A stretch of DNA of 64,000 nt from Octopus sinensis (Eukaryota), in the NCBI RefSeq assembly GCF_006345805.1, contig NC_043009.1:62434001-62498000 (forward strand), given 5' to 3'. Positions 26,910-40,430 of the stretch are shown here, one piece after another (positions within the stretch are counted from its first letter, which is position 1; each line of letters opens with the position of its first letter). The notes under the pieces were generated by a model, which was not told the origin of the DNA, searched no databases, and was given only the letters and a program-made list of their open reading frames with translations. A program made the translations under genes and the position numbers.

Positions 26910-27545
26910 TCTTAAAACAACAGTGTAAGTCCGCTTATAGAGTTGACAAAACTGTTTGTTGTTCAGCGTAACCGAGTTTATCGATGTTGTTCAGATTTAT
27001 GGTTTATTAATGACTTCTTCAACGTGAATAACTTTCGCTGAGACGTGAAAACTGGAGACACGAGTTCAAATGTTGTTCTATATTTTATGCATTTGTCTCG
27101 CTTAGAACACCGAAGCAGTAAGGACATAAAAAAGCCTTAGTGTACTTCATCCAACAGTGTGTCACGCAGACACATATATATATATATATATATGTGTGCG
27201 TGTGTATGTATACAAGGCCTATATGTGTGCATACGTGTATGTGCGAGTGTGCTTGTGAGCTAATTGTGAACCCTGGTCTCTCTGTAAAATAAATCTTCTT
27301 TGATCTGATAATATCCTAACTTTTATCGTCCTGTCTGTCTTGTTTTAGCAATAATTACCTCACTGTGGCGACCACTCGAATATAGCCCTGCTCTGCATTT
27401 ATCCACACACACACACACACACACATACACACATACCTACACACACATATGCACGCATACACACACATATATATATACGTATGCATACACACACACATAC
27501 TCACACATACACACGCGTATACAAACACATACACATATGTGTGCG

Positions 27546-27594
<49 letters not shown>

Positions 27595-27690
27595 GTATGT
27601 GTATATATATAGATGTATATATGTACATACATACTTATATTTATATATACATATATTCGGGCACAGAAGACACATATAAAAGGTACACGT

Positions 27691-27721
<31 letters not shown>

Positions 27722-28071
27722 GAGAGAGAGAGGTAAACAATCAGACACAAACACACACTCACACGCATTTTTCGCACGATTTTTTACTTCACAAACAAAA
27801 GTGTAGTTGATATTTGTCGTATTTAGTTTCTCGCTCGTTGTGAGATTTCAGGCGGCAATAAACTGAAATAGCGATTTTAGCTATACAGGAAATCAAATGC
27901 ATTTAAAAGGAATTTCTTTGTGTGAGGACATTTAGTGAATGTTTCATCTTGTCGGTTTAATGCGCTATCTGTTGTTACCGTATTTTTGTCCGATTCGCAG
28001 TTTTGCATCTTGTAAATTATATTGTAAATTATATTGAGGATTGTTGACTTCCATCTCTAGCGGGCAGGTAT

Positions 28072-28102
28072 CCAGTACTGATGACGGGTAAAGACCCAGA
28101 AA
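28072..28102 (+). ncRNA. Hammerhead ribozyme 5' half, intact core but no cleavage site
   Basis: CCAGTA-CTGATGA-cGGGT aaag ACCCa-GAAA, after which the sequence diverges (stem III and GUC missing). Confidence 0.6.
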
Positions 28103-28759
28103 GCATATTACAAGCGACAATAAGTGAAGCAACTTGAGGCAATGGTCAATATCAGAAGGTAGAATTTACACCAAACAACTTGATGTCAATTTTCGATAAA
28201 AATGAACATCACAGAATCCCACTTAACCTCCCTTATCTAAGAACTAGTGTCTAGTCAAAAGAAATGTTTAATACTTTGATCATATTAAGTCGGAGAGCTG
28301 TCAGAATCATTACCGAACAAAATGCCAAGCGGCTTTTCTTCGGACTCTTAAGTTCTGAGTTCAAATAACTTTGCTTTTCATCCTTGCGAGACCGATGCCA
28401 TCGGTTTCTCTCTTCCTTCGAAATTGCCCGTGCCAGAGTTAGAAAGAACATTTAGACATTATTTCGGGTAAAATATTCAACGCACTCGGATAGAAGAGTG
28501 ACACTTCACTATCTATGTGAAAATATAAGCTAATGACACACAAGGAATTATTAATCTATCAGTCTACACAGATGTAACTAAATTAATATAATTATCGGTA
28601 ACATTTTTTTGCCACTTTAACATGGATTTTCTATAAAGGACTATGTTACTACATTTTAACCCCCAGGAAAACGTCTTTTCCAGTTGATTAACGACACACA
28701 ACCTGTGTCCGATATATTGTGAGTAAGGGAACGAATCATTCCCCTACAGATTGGCAAGA

Positions 28760-28804
28760 CCAGTAGACCGTGGTTTCTGGGTCTTTACCCGTTATCGGTA
28801 CTGG
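28760..28804 (-). ncRNA. Type I hammerhead motif, core mutated (CCGAUAA)
   Basis: The minus strand reads CCAGTA ccgataa cGGGTaaagACCCa GAAA CCACGG TC TACTGG, with perfect stem I (CCAGUA/UACUGG) and a GUC triplet. Confidence 0.65.
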
Positions 28805-29125
28805 ATACCTACCTGCTAGAGATAGCAGTCAATCGTCCCCACTCACAATATATAAACAAAGAAGTGGCAGACAGTCGCTGATCTCATAATGAGCTAAGTA
28901 GCTAATTCTAAAATCTCTAAACGAGATATAAGTAGTAACAATACTAAACGGCAACGTTTTTTTTTTTTGGGGGGGGTGCCACTATAACATGGCTGTTTTA
29001 TAAAGAACTGTATTACTACATTTTAACCCCAGGAAAACGTCTTTTCCAGCTGGTTAACGACACACAACCTGTGTCCGATATATTGTGAATAAGGAAGCCA
29101 ACCCCTCCCCATCAGCTTGGCAAGA

Positions 29126-29170
29126 CTAGTAGACCATGGTTTCTGAGTCTTTACCCGTCATCGGTACTGG
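29126..29170 (-). ncRNA. Type I hammerhead motif, core U4C (CCGAUGA)
   Basis: The minus strand reads CCAGTA ccgatga cGGGTaaagACTCa GAAA CCATGG TC TACTAG, with palindromic stem III ACCAUGGU and a GUC triplet. Confidence 0.7.
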
Positions 29171-29341
29171 ATACCTGCCCGCTAGAGATGGCAGTCAACA
29201 ATCCTCAATATAATTTACAATATAATTGTCATAATCGCAATATCATAACTGTAACATAAACACATCAATGTAACAAGAATAGTCATGACCTCACTTATAA
29301 TAACAATACTGTCATAACCTCACTGCCGTAATATAAATATT

Positions 29342-29554
29342 CTCTCTTTTACTCTTTTACTTGTTTCAGTCATTTGACTGCGGCCATGCTGGAGCACCGC
29401 CTTTAGTCGAGCAAATCGACCCCGGGACTTATTCTTTGTAAGCCCAGTACTTATTCTATCGGTCTCTTTTGCCGAACAGCTAAGTGACGGGGACGTAAAC
29501 ACACCAGCATCGGTTGTCAAGCAATGCTAGGGGGGCAAACACAGACACACAAAC

Positions 29555-29590
<36 letters not shown>

Positions 29591-29769
29591 TTATGTACAT
29601 ATATACGATGGGCTTCTTTCAGTTTCCGTCTACCAAATCCACTCACAAGGCATTGGTCGGCCCGAGGCTATAGCAGAAGACACTTGCCCAAGGTGTCACG
29701 CAGTGGGACTGAACCCGGAACCATGTGGTTGGTAAACAAGCTACTTACCACACAGCCACTCCTGCGCCT
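29342..29769 (-). mobile_element. Full-length near-consensus SINE-C
   Basis: Colinear with 44907-45320. Confidence 0.92.
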
Positions 29770-30290
29770 ATTATATCCTTGTTATAACAACCACACTATC
29801 GTAACATCAGTTATTACATTGTAAAAGCATCGCCGTCGTAAAGGCACAGACGTAACGACACTTTCATGAAAAAAACATTGCTGTATCGTTACTGTAATGA
29901 TAACATTGATGTAACATCACTCTCTTAACAACACTGTCATAAACTATTGTCATAATATCAGTCATAACACGCTGTCTACTGTCATAACTTCACTGTAATA
30001 ACATTATCGCATTTTCTTATTCATAACAGCCCTGGCTCAACATGACTCATAACAGTGTCCTGGCCATATTGTCATCAACGTCTTTTACGTCCAAACGCCT
30101 CTTCTTCAATCAGAAGAGAAACCCCTTACAAAAGGATAATCACAAGCCTTAACATAATTATCCGATATTAACGATGACAAATTCCAGTATCTTGACAGGG
30201 CCACTTGTCTCGCTCTTTCCTGTTGTGTCTCCCCCCCACACTGCCATCACAACAACAACAACGACAACGACAACAATAACAATAATAATA

Positions 30291-30337
<47 letters not shown>

Positions 30338-30751
30338 TCTGTCTCATCCTATTGACCTTGATAGCGTTCAAAGACGAGAGAAATTATTTAGCAGAGAAAA
30401 TTAGCAAAATTGTTGAATTCAGTCTAAAATTGACGGAGGACAAGTGGTGTATTTAAGGAAACTACAAACGGTGGACTTGTATCGGAATAACACAATGTTA
30501 ATTTAGAATGTCGTCTAAGTTCAAAGTTTAAACTCGCTATTTGGCTCAGGTCTAATTTTGAAAATAATTTTTTTCAGTCCCTCCATGCCTTTAATTCATC
30601 TTCCTTCTGTCCTCCTCTCACTCTGACTCTCTCTCTCTCTATCTATTTATCTATCTATCTATCTCTATCTATCTATATGTCTGTCTGTCTATCCATCTAT
30701 CTATCTGTCTGTCTGTCTGTCTGTCTATCTATGTATCTGTCTGTTTGTCTG

Positions 30752-30791
<40 letters not shown>

Positions 30792-31553
30792 CCTATCTGT
30801 CTGTCTATCTCTCTAGCTAGCTAGCGATATTTCTGTCTAACCATGTCTTTGTGTCTACCCTTCTTTTGCAATATCTTCGCTCTCTCTCTTTCTCTATCCT
30901 CCCCCCACACACACTCGCACTCGCGCACACATTCGAAGAAAGAAACCTCGCTTCCTTAATTCTCCTCCTCTTCCACTCTTAAACATAAGTCAGTTATATA
31001 GACTGTTAACTATTAACAGATTGTTAATATATAGGTAGTTAACATCTGTATATACACATTATATTGACTGTTAACATATGTATATACACAATATATTGGC
31101 TGTTAACATACGTATATACAGAATTTATAGACTGTTAAACATTCCTTTCCTTTGCAATATAACTAATGGCATCGATTCCTTTTCAACAACAACCCTTGGA
31201 TTGACATTTCGTTCGTGACGCTTCCTTTCATCTCGTTTCTAGTTTGTCCGTTTGGAAAACTTAAGAAGCCGTAGGCTATCTTTATATCCTGATGGGAACT
31301 AATTGCTCACAAGCCACACACCCCCATCCATGTTTGCTCTCCGAAATAATTGAGACGTTCATTTCTTCCTCTCCTCCAAATTATAAACCCAGAAATAAAG
31401 TTATGACACGTTTTGGCGTCGCTGATTCGATGCTGACTTATTTGACATCAGACTTTTTAATATTTCTCTTTTCTCCCTTACTCCCCACCCTCTCTCTCTC
31501 TCTCTCACTCACACTCACCCTTGTTTATGTGGATGTGTGCATATTTCTCTTTA

Positions 31554-31876
31554 GTGAAGGCGCGTGGCTTAGTGATATGGGTATTCGGCTCACGATCCTA
31601 ATGTCGCGAGTTCGATTCCTGGTAACGCGTTGTGTCCTTGAGTAGGACACTTTATTTCACGTTGCTCCAGTCTTCTCGGCTGGTAAAAATGAGTAGAACC
31701 TGTAATTAAAAAAGGGCCAACCTTGTCACACTGTGTCACGCTGAATCTCCCCATGAACTACATTAAGGGTACACGTGTCTGTGGAGTACTCACCCACTTG
31801 CATGTCAATTTCACGATCAAGCTGTTCCGTTGATCGGATCAGTTGGAACCCTCGTCGTCGTAATCGACAGAGAGTC
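31554..31876 (+). mobile_element. SINE group A, head A2 + tail T2
   Basis: Colinear with 10271-10600. Confidence 0.85.
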
Positions 31877-32209
31877 AGTTTTTTTTTCTATGTGTATGAG
31901 GCTGCGAAAGTGTTTATGTCAATCATGCTCAATTAATGAATTGTAATCTCTATCTATCTACCTATCTATTTATCTGTCTGTCTATCTATCTAGCTAGCTA
32001 GCTATCAATCAGTCTGTCTAACTCCTATCTGTATATTTCTGTGCATGTGTGTGTGTGGTCGCGTTCGTGTGTGTTTGTTTCCAGTGACAAAACGTACTGT
32101 CACCGTCAAGCTCGACGGAATTCAATCTCGGAACGCGCGCGTACGTGTGTTTACACACATATATATATATGTGTGTGTGTGTGTGTGTCTATATTTTATA
32201 TATATATAT

Positions 32210-32280
<71 letters not shown>

Positions 32281-32769
32281 CACATTTATATTATATATAT
32301 ATATATGTACATATATACTTATATTATATGTGGGTCGATTTGTTTGACTAAAGATGAAATGCCGCTAAACATTTTGGCCGAACGAACAAGCAAGCAATTC
32401 TACCAACTCACCACCTAAAATTCATAAACAATAGGTCAAATTTTTGCACTGGGCCTGCAGTTTTTGAGTTTTTACATCGACCTCCATATTTCACTGGTAC
32501 TAAGTTTATCGACCCCGAAAGTATGAAAGGTAAAGTCAACCTCGAAGGGATTTGAACTCGGAACGTAAAAAGCTAGGAGTAAATATTTTATTTGTTTCAG
32601 TCATTAGATTACAGCGATGCTGGGGCACCGCCTTGAAGAATTCTCGTCGAACGAATCGACTCCAGTACTTATTTCTTTTTAACCTGGTACATATTTTATC
32701 GGCATGTTATCGTGACGTAAACAAACCAGCATCGGTTATCAAAGTGGTGGTGAGGAACAAATGTAATCT

Positions 32770-32930
32770 TTTCTAATATAAACGCAAGGCCTGAAATTTT
32801 GTGAGGATAGACTAGTCGATTACATCGACGCCAGTGTGCAGCTGGTACTTATTTCATCGACCCCGAAAGAATGAAAGGCAAAGTCGACCTCGGAAGCATT
32901 TGAACTCAGGACGTAAAGAAACGTCGCTAA
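32770..32930 (-). mobile_element. SINE-B (partial)
   Basis: B core and tail variant ..ggccttgcgtttatattagaaaag. Confidence 0.75.
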
Positions 32931-32945
32931 GCATCGTGGAGCCTT

Positions 32946-33049
32946 GGGCGTTTTCGCTCAATAAACACTCAACGCCGGTCTGGGAATCGAAACCGCGATC
33001 CTACAACCGCGAGTCCGCTGCACTAACCACTGGGCCACTGCGCCTCCAC
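32946..33049 (-). mobile_element. SINE group A, head A1 fragment
   Basis: Reverse complement of the 33-130 head. Confidence 0.8.
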
Positions 33050-33759
33050 ACTATTTAAATATTTGTATTAATTACCTCAAAACTTGAAAGCTGAAAATAT
33101 ATTTGAAGTTAAGATTATTTGCAAAATTGCTTAGCAACATAAAGGTAATCCTGCCGGATTAAAAGTTAATGTTAAACAGTATATTGTTTTTGCTTTTTAA
33201 ATAAAATCTAATTATAATCAGCAATTAAGTAGAAATTAAATTACAATACATACAATCATTGTATTTATTAAAAACATTAAAACTTATTGTTTCGAAAACA
33301 ATATAATAAAGTTATTAAAATAGTAAACGATAATGATGATGATGATAATAATAATGATGATGATGATGAATCTAAATTATTTATAAATTAGATACAAGGT
33401 CAGAAAATTGGGGACTAATCGATCATTGGACTGATACTTTATTTTATAGACCTCAGAGAAACGAAAGGTAAAAGTTAACCTTGGTTGGAATTGAACTTAG
33501 AATATAAATTAATATACACATCTGAATGTTTGTCCGCGCGCGCGCGCGCGTACGTGTATTTACATATATATATATGTGTGTGTGTGTGTATCTATATTAT
33601 ATATATATAGATCCTGTCCTGATCATCTATCGCCCAAACTACTCCCGATACAAAATATCCATCTCTCCATTTTAACTGTTTAACAATTTTAACGCGTATA
33701 TTTGCTTAATTTGGAAAATTAGTAGAACTTACTTTCATCAGACCATATTATTCTTTTCT

Positions 33760-33999
33760 ACTCTAGACACAAGGCCCGAAACTTCTGGGGAGGGAGCTAG
33801 TCGATTAGATCGACTCCAGTACGCAACTGGTACTTAATTTATTGACCCCCAAAAGGATGAAAGGCAAAGTCGACCTCGGAGGAATTCGAACTCAGAACGT
33901 AAAAACAGACGAAATACCGCTAAGCATTTCGCCCTACTTATTCTATCGGTGGCTTTTGCCGAACCGCTAAGTTACGGGGACATAACACACCAACATATC

Positions 34000-34035
<36 letters not shown>

Positions 34036-34190
34036 TGCAAAGGGTTTCTTTCAGTTTTCGTCTACCAAATCCACTCACATGGCTTTGGTCGGCCCAAGGC
34101 TATAATAGAAATCACTTGCCCAAGGTGCCACGTAGTGGAACTGAACCTGGAACCATGTGGTTGGGAAGCAAGCTTCTTACCACACAGCCC
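33760..34190 (-). mobile_element. SINE-B directly fused to a truncated SINE-C
   Basis: B sequence to ~33935, then the C module tacttattctatcgg through the C head at ~34190. Confidence 0.75.
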
Positions 34191-35060
34191 TCCTAAGCAT
34201 ATGAATGCAATTCCTATCCATTACTTCTTTCTGCTAACTTCCTTTATCTGAGTCGCTCAGTTCTGTCGCTAGAGATATTTCTATTCATATAATCCGTTCC
34301 AAGGATATAATATTTTTTTTTTTTTTTGGTTCGTTAAGATAATAATCTGATACAAAATTGGAATTGTATATATTATGGGAATGCTGTGCATAGAATGATT
34401 CTCTTTTTTTTTTTTTTCATTTATTTTCTTTCTATATTTAAAAACGTAAATTCTTTTTGATATTTTCACATTTTTCACCGTCGTTCATTTCAAATATTTA
34501 TTTTATTCCTATCCGTGTCAACAGTGGACTCACCACTTTCTATTCAGTTAATAAATTAGCAAAGCCCTTTATTCAAGCTGCCGCTAAACATTTCTTTCAA
34601 TAGTTTTAAATATTTGTTTATATGTTGAAGTGTCAATGATGTAGGTGTTATGGAGGCATACGTCAATGCTCAAGGCGGGAAACCTTTGAACGTTGTTTAT
34701 CACGAATCGTCTGCCTAAGTTTTGATAGTATAGATTGGTGCTGTTGATGTTGTTTTTCTGTTTCTCTCTTGCCAAAACAAACGTTGCATTCCATGTTGTA
34801 CATTTATAAAGAACCAAAACGGTTCTCTTTCGAGAAATTGGCCACCAACTAAGTCGTCTGCTCCCTCGGGTATCATGACAGTGTTCTTGCGCATGCAAGT
34901 GTATAAATACATATGTATACATGTGTTTACACATACACACACATAAACACGTACGTACGCACATACACACATACATTCATACAAACATAAACACACACAT
35001 ACATACATAGAATACATCGTAGTAAAGGCTTTTGATAGTTCTTCTCGCGGATTTCCCAAA

Positions 35061-35105
<45 letters not shown>

Positions 35106-35620
35106 TCGCCTTCTTTCTCTGTGTTTCTTTCTCACTCTCTTTCTCTCCTGTTCCTTTTCTATCTTTCAAATCATATTCTCACTCCGATACACACACACAC
35201 ACATGATCACTCGCTTATCCACACACACAGACACACACACTCGAGATCTAATACCGCCATGCCGAGTCCTCGCATCGTTATGTTCCAATGATGTCATAAG
35301 CCGCATTCAAACTGAATAGTGACACAAATTAAGGCATCATTCCACCGTTCTCCCCCTCTCCCCCCACGTAACCCCTATCATGTCAAATTCCTATTATTTA
35401 ACTGCTACCGGTGTAAGCAGGGCTGAACACCCCAGTTAACCTTTGTACGGCTAGAGGTCAAGTGTCGGCATCAGTCCTAATAGAGAGTCATGTGTCAGAG
35501 AAATATTCGGTCAGGCATTGACCTTTAATAAGACCGGTCTATATCGTTGGTCTATTATAGATGATTATGGCGATGAATGGCAGCGGGTTAAGATAGATAT
35601 ATGTAGTTTATCTTTTTTCA

Positions 35621-35984
35621 TCTTTTATTTGTTTCGATCGTGAGACTGCGGCCATGCTGGAGCAGTACTTTGCGAAATTTTAATCGAATGAAACGAACCC
35701 AGTACTTTTTTTTAAATCCTAGTTTAAATCGTTTTCTTTTTGTCAAGCCGCTAAGTTACGGCGACCGGTGGTGAGAGACAACACAGACACAAACACACAC
35801 ACTTACACTTACACAATATACATACATATATAAGACGGGCTTCTTTCAGTTTCCGTCTATCAAATCCACTTGCAAGGCTTTGGTGAACCCGAAGCTATAG
35901 TAGAAGATACTCACGCAGTAGGACTGAACCCGGTGCCATGTGGTTGCGAAGTAAGTCTCTTACCACACAGCCACACCCGCGCCT
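35621..35984 (-). mobile_element. SINE-C (diverged)
   Basis: C head at ~35984 and C tail at ~35621. Confidence 0.82.
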
Positions 35985-36042
35985 ATAATTATTAGATATA
36001 TATACTATATCTAATACCTAAAATTCAGCCGGTTCCCACATA

Positions 36043-36422
36043 TACGTAGGAGTAGCTGTGTGGTAAGAAGCTTGCTTACGAACCACATGGTTCCAGGTTC
36101 AGTCTCACTGCGTAGCACCTTGGGCAAGTATCTTCTACTATAGCCTCGGGCCGACCAAAGCCTTGTGAGTGGATTTGGTAAATGGAAACTGAAAGAAGCC
36201 CGTCGTATATATGTATGTATGTGTGTGTGTTTGTGTTTGTCCCCCAGCATCGCTTGACAACCGATGCTGGTGTTTACGTCCCCATAACTTAGCGGTTCAG
36301 CAAAAGAGACCGATAGAATAAGTACTAGGCTTACTAAGAATAAATCCCAGAGTCGATTTGCTCGACTAAAGGCGGTGCTCCAGCATGGCCACAGTCAAAT
36401 GACTGAAACAAGTAAAAAGAGT
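36043..36422 (+). mobile_element. SINE-C
   Basis: Near-consensus copy, head-to-head with the previous one. Confidence 0.9.
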
Positions 36423-38261
36423 TTATGAAGTTGGGCCTTAATGCACTACAAACTCTCTTCCTTGAATATTTGCTGTTGAAATTGGGATGCGCCGAATATA
36501 ACCGTGCTCATTTTTTTATTTAATTAGTTTTGCCATCATATACTGCGCCCTTTTATCCCTTTATAAGCCCCAGCCCAAGGTTTGTGGTCACGTTGGGGCA
36601 CCGCTGTTACTTTCGGTGTTGTTTCCTGTGTCCACGTTCCGTTGTTGCTTTTCTGTGAACTGGTGAGTTTGATAACCGTTGCCCTCATTTACGTTTCTCG
36701 CTTCCATGTCGTTGGTTCCAGTGCAGTACGCATTTTTAGGCATTCCCCCTTTGTGTGTGTGTGTGTGTGTGTGTGTGTTTATATGTATGATGAATGAGCA
36801 AAAGTAAGAAAAAATAACAACAAAAAAGACAGGTTTTCACAAAGGTGTTATTAGTTTCACGCTTGTATATAAATACACACACACACACACATTATGCATA
36901 CACATACACACTCTCACATACATACACACACATACCCTCATGTACACGCACACATTACGCATACAAACACTCTCACATACATACACGCATACACACATCC
37001 TTACGTACACACATACACACATCCTCGCACACACACTACGCATACACACACATACACACATCACCGCGCGCACACACATTACGCATACACAACTCCCACA
37101 TACATACACACACATACACACATCCCCGCGCACTCACACACACACACACACACGCACACACACACACGCACACACTTTCAGGAAACTCGTACATTTATTC
37201 ATTTTCTACACATTCTACATAGATGTGTGTGTGTGTGTGTGTGTGTGTCCTGATATTTATGTACGGTGTATATGTATGTGTGTATGTGCGAGTATGTATG
37301 TGTGCATGCGTGTACGTGCGTGCGTGCGTGCGTGTGTGTATCTTTACAGTCTGCTAGAGAGATCTAGATAAGTGCTGTTCCAATGATACGCTTTTATTTG
37401 TTCAGTGTAGTCAGCCATATCACATAAGCTGTTCCCAACATCCTTGTTAATTTACTGGGATTAACCTTAACTAATAGTTCTAACATAAGTGATGATAACA
37501 CCACCAGCCACCCCTCCTCCTCTTCCTTCTTCTCCTTATATCTTTATTATTCTCTTGTTTTGCTGTTCTGACTCTTGTTTTTGGTGTTGGCATTAATGCT
37601 TGGTGTCGGCGGGGCGGTTTCTTCCCATCCTGTCTTATCTATTTTGAGGTAAAACGAGCGAGGAAAGTTAATCCATGGGAAAGGTCTTCTGTCCTTGTTT
37701 TGTTTTGAAGCTTCTGTGACTGCCCCAAAATGTAGCAAATAACAACAACGGTTTCAATTTTGGCACAAGGCCAAAAATTTCTTTTGGTGGGGATGGACAA
37801 GGGATTAGCCCACATCACTCTATAAGGAGCACAGGGCCGCTTTCTCAGTTTCTCTAGCGTAGATATTCCTCCCTGGACGGGACACCGATCCGTTTCAGGA
37901 TTACTCTCAGTAAATCATCATACGCCCTTCTTTCGATGCTGTCACAGGTTGGAAGGTTCGAGAGGATCCAATGGGCCCAAGGACTGTATCATGCTCCATT
38001 GCTTGCTTAACATGGTTTCTACAGCTGGATGCCCTTTCTAGAGCCAACCCTTTTGCAGTGTAAACTTGGTGCTTTTTGTGTGCCACCAGCATTGTTGAGG
38101 TTGCAATGAAGTTTGCAAAACCAACTTTATGCTAGAAGACGAGGGGGAAACTTTGAAGTGAAAAAAGTGGGCTTACAGTCATTCATTTACCTGCTGCATG
38201 AGACGGATCTGACACACATGCATATACATTAAAAAAAAAAGTATCAAAAGTTTTTCCTAAC

Positions 38262-38500
38262 CCATTTTTGCTCATAAGGCCAGTTTCGTGGGTTCTGCTG
38301 GGTGTATATATATATATTCTTACCTGGATGGGACACCAGTCTGTCACAAAATTACTCATTTTTGCCAGCTGAGTGGACTGGAGCAACGTGAAATGAAGTG
38401 TTTTGCTCAAGAACACAAATGCATCACCGGGTCTAGGAATCGAAACTGCAATCTTATGATTGTGAGTTCAATACCCTAACCACTAAGCCATGCGCCTCCA
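38262..38500 (-). mobile_element. SINE group A, head A2 + degenerate tail T1
   Basis: Colinear with 61941-62180. Confidence 0.75.
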
Positions 38501-38509
38501 TTTTGAGGG

Positions 38510-39240
38510 GATGGGGCAGCTCTATTACATCGACCCCGTTATTCGAATGGTACTTTATTTTAATAGTCTCGAAAGGACGTAGAGCAAAATTGACCTCAGT
38601 AGGAGTTCAGATCAGAAAGTGATGAACCAGAAGGAATGCTACAACACATTTTATTTTCTTTGTCCAACATGCTAACGATTCTACCAGCTGGCCATCTCAA
38701 TAATAATAATAATCCTTTCTACTATAGGTACGCGGCCTGAAATTTTGGGGCGAGGACTAGTTGATTATATCGACCCCAGTACTGGACTGGTACTTATTTT
38801 ATCGACCCCGAAAAATAAACGGTAAAGTCGACCGCGATAGAAATTTGAACTGAACGGGGCGAAATACCGCTTAGCATTTTGTCCAGCATGCTAACGAATC
38901 TGCCTGCTCAATAATAATAATAATAATAATAATCCTTTCTACTATAGGCATAAGGCCTGGGTTTTTGTGGGGAGGAGGACAATCGATCACATCGACCCCA
39001 GTACTTGACTGGTACTTAATTTATCGACCCCGAAAGGATGAAAAGCAAAGTCGACCTCGACGGATTTTGAACTCAAAACGTAAAGATATTGGTTCAGAGT
39101 CCGGAGTAGGAGAGAGCTTAGTTGGGTAAATCTATTCCAGTACTTGACCAGGTCTTTATTTATCGACCCCGGAAGGATGAAAGGCAAAAATTAACCTCAG
39201 TTAAATTTGAACTCGGAATGTAATGGTTCAAATCACGCCG
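38510..39240 (-). mobile_element. Cluster of about four same-orientation SINE-B copies
   Basis: Repeated B cores, two with (AAT)n tails. Confidence 0.78.
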
Positions 39241-39942
39241 TGATCAACTTAGCCTCTCAACAACAACAACAACGGCGGCGGCGGTGACGTAAGTGATTGC
39301 TATAGTTGATTAAAATAACCCTTGTGTGTTACTGCTACATTTTTATCGATCCGAAGTCGATTGTGACGAGATTTGTCTGCCAAGAATAGAGAAAAGCGTA
39401 GGAAATACTATCGCTTTGTTAGTTGGGTGTTCTGTTATGTCAACCATCTTTCCCTGACATTCTGCTTCAATGCAATGTTATTAAACATATTAATTTCCTT
39501 CATCATTTCATTAATGGACCACTTCTGATCCGCTCATACTGCTGGCTGGTCTCAAGAAATTGTTTCCCTCCCAATTATTTTCCTCTCAAGGCTACATGTT
39601 TATTGTAAATCGACTCTCGAACAAAACTAATCTACACAGCACAACTAAGATGGAGAACGTTATAACATGGAGAGCTGACGTCTGCTTTGAGTGTCTCGGC
39701 CTGCTTCAACCACTGATGTTTGGATCATATTTCCGCTTATGACTAATGTAATTTAACTAATTTAATCTTCTAAACGTAATGAATCATATTCCTTTCAAAA
39801 TGTAGAAACAATTTTCATTCTAATTACATATTTTCTTCTCTTTCTTATTGTCGGATCATTAACGTTTTCTACAGTATGTACGCACACATACTTATACATA
39901 CATACGTACGTACGTACATACATACATGCATATATACATACA

Positions 39943-40012
<70 letters not shown>

Positions 40013-40430
40013 ATATATATATATACACATACTTACATGCATACATACAAAGGTGTATGTACTTTTGTATGTATGTCGTGTGGTATGTATATAAATATAT
40101 GTGTCTGTATCTCTGTGTGTACTCCCACACACTCACGCACACATTACGCTCATAACTGGTAAGGTATTTTCTATGTAGTTATTTGAATCGCGGTTATGGC
40201 AACTCGAAATTTCCCCTAATAATCTTAGTACCGGCTTTACAAACGAGATTAAAAGCCACCATCTTAAAGTAGCGGCACATGCCAAGTATCACGTGACCAT
40301 GACTGAATGTCGTCCAAATCAGTGGTCCTCAGCCGGAGTCCGTATGGCCCTTAACATTCATCTGCAATAAATCGGTTCTACTTCTAAAATACTCAAAATA
40401 TTTTAACAATTTTATAATATTCTTAACAAT

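Larger units (their letters stand above)
28015..29227. mobile_element. Penelope-like/retrozyme-type repeat: two ~367-bp tandem units on the minus strand plus an inverted truncated copy
   Basis: Direct repeats start at 28619 and 28986. Segment 28015-28106 is the reverse complement of 29136-29227. Each copy carries a hammerhead motif. Confidence 0.7.

Noticed and set aside
28251-28451. 66-aa ORF inside the hammerhead repeat region
   Set aside because: It is the antisense of a degenerate SINE-B (head at ~28270 on +), not an element-encoded protein.
28015-29227. DNA transposon with 92-bp TIRs
   Set aside because: No TSD, the presumed TIR recurs internally as part of a tandem unit, and it contains a hammerhead; a Penelope-like/retrozyme structure explains it better.
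37530-37650. Hydrophobic open frame ending FE|GT
   Set aside because: T-rich composition explains the hydrophobicity, and there is no phase-compatible acceptor.
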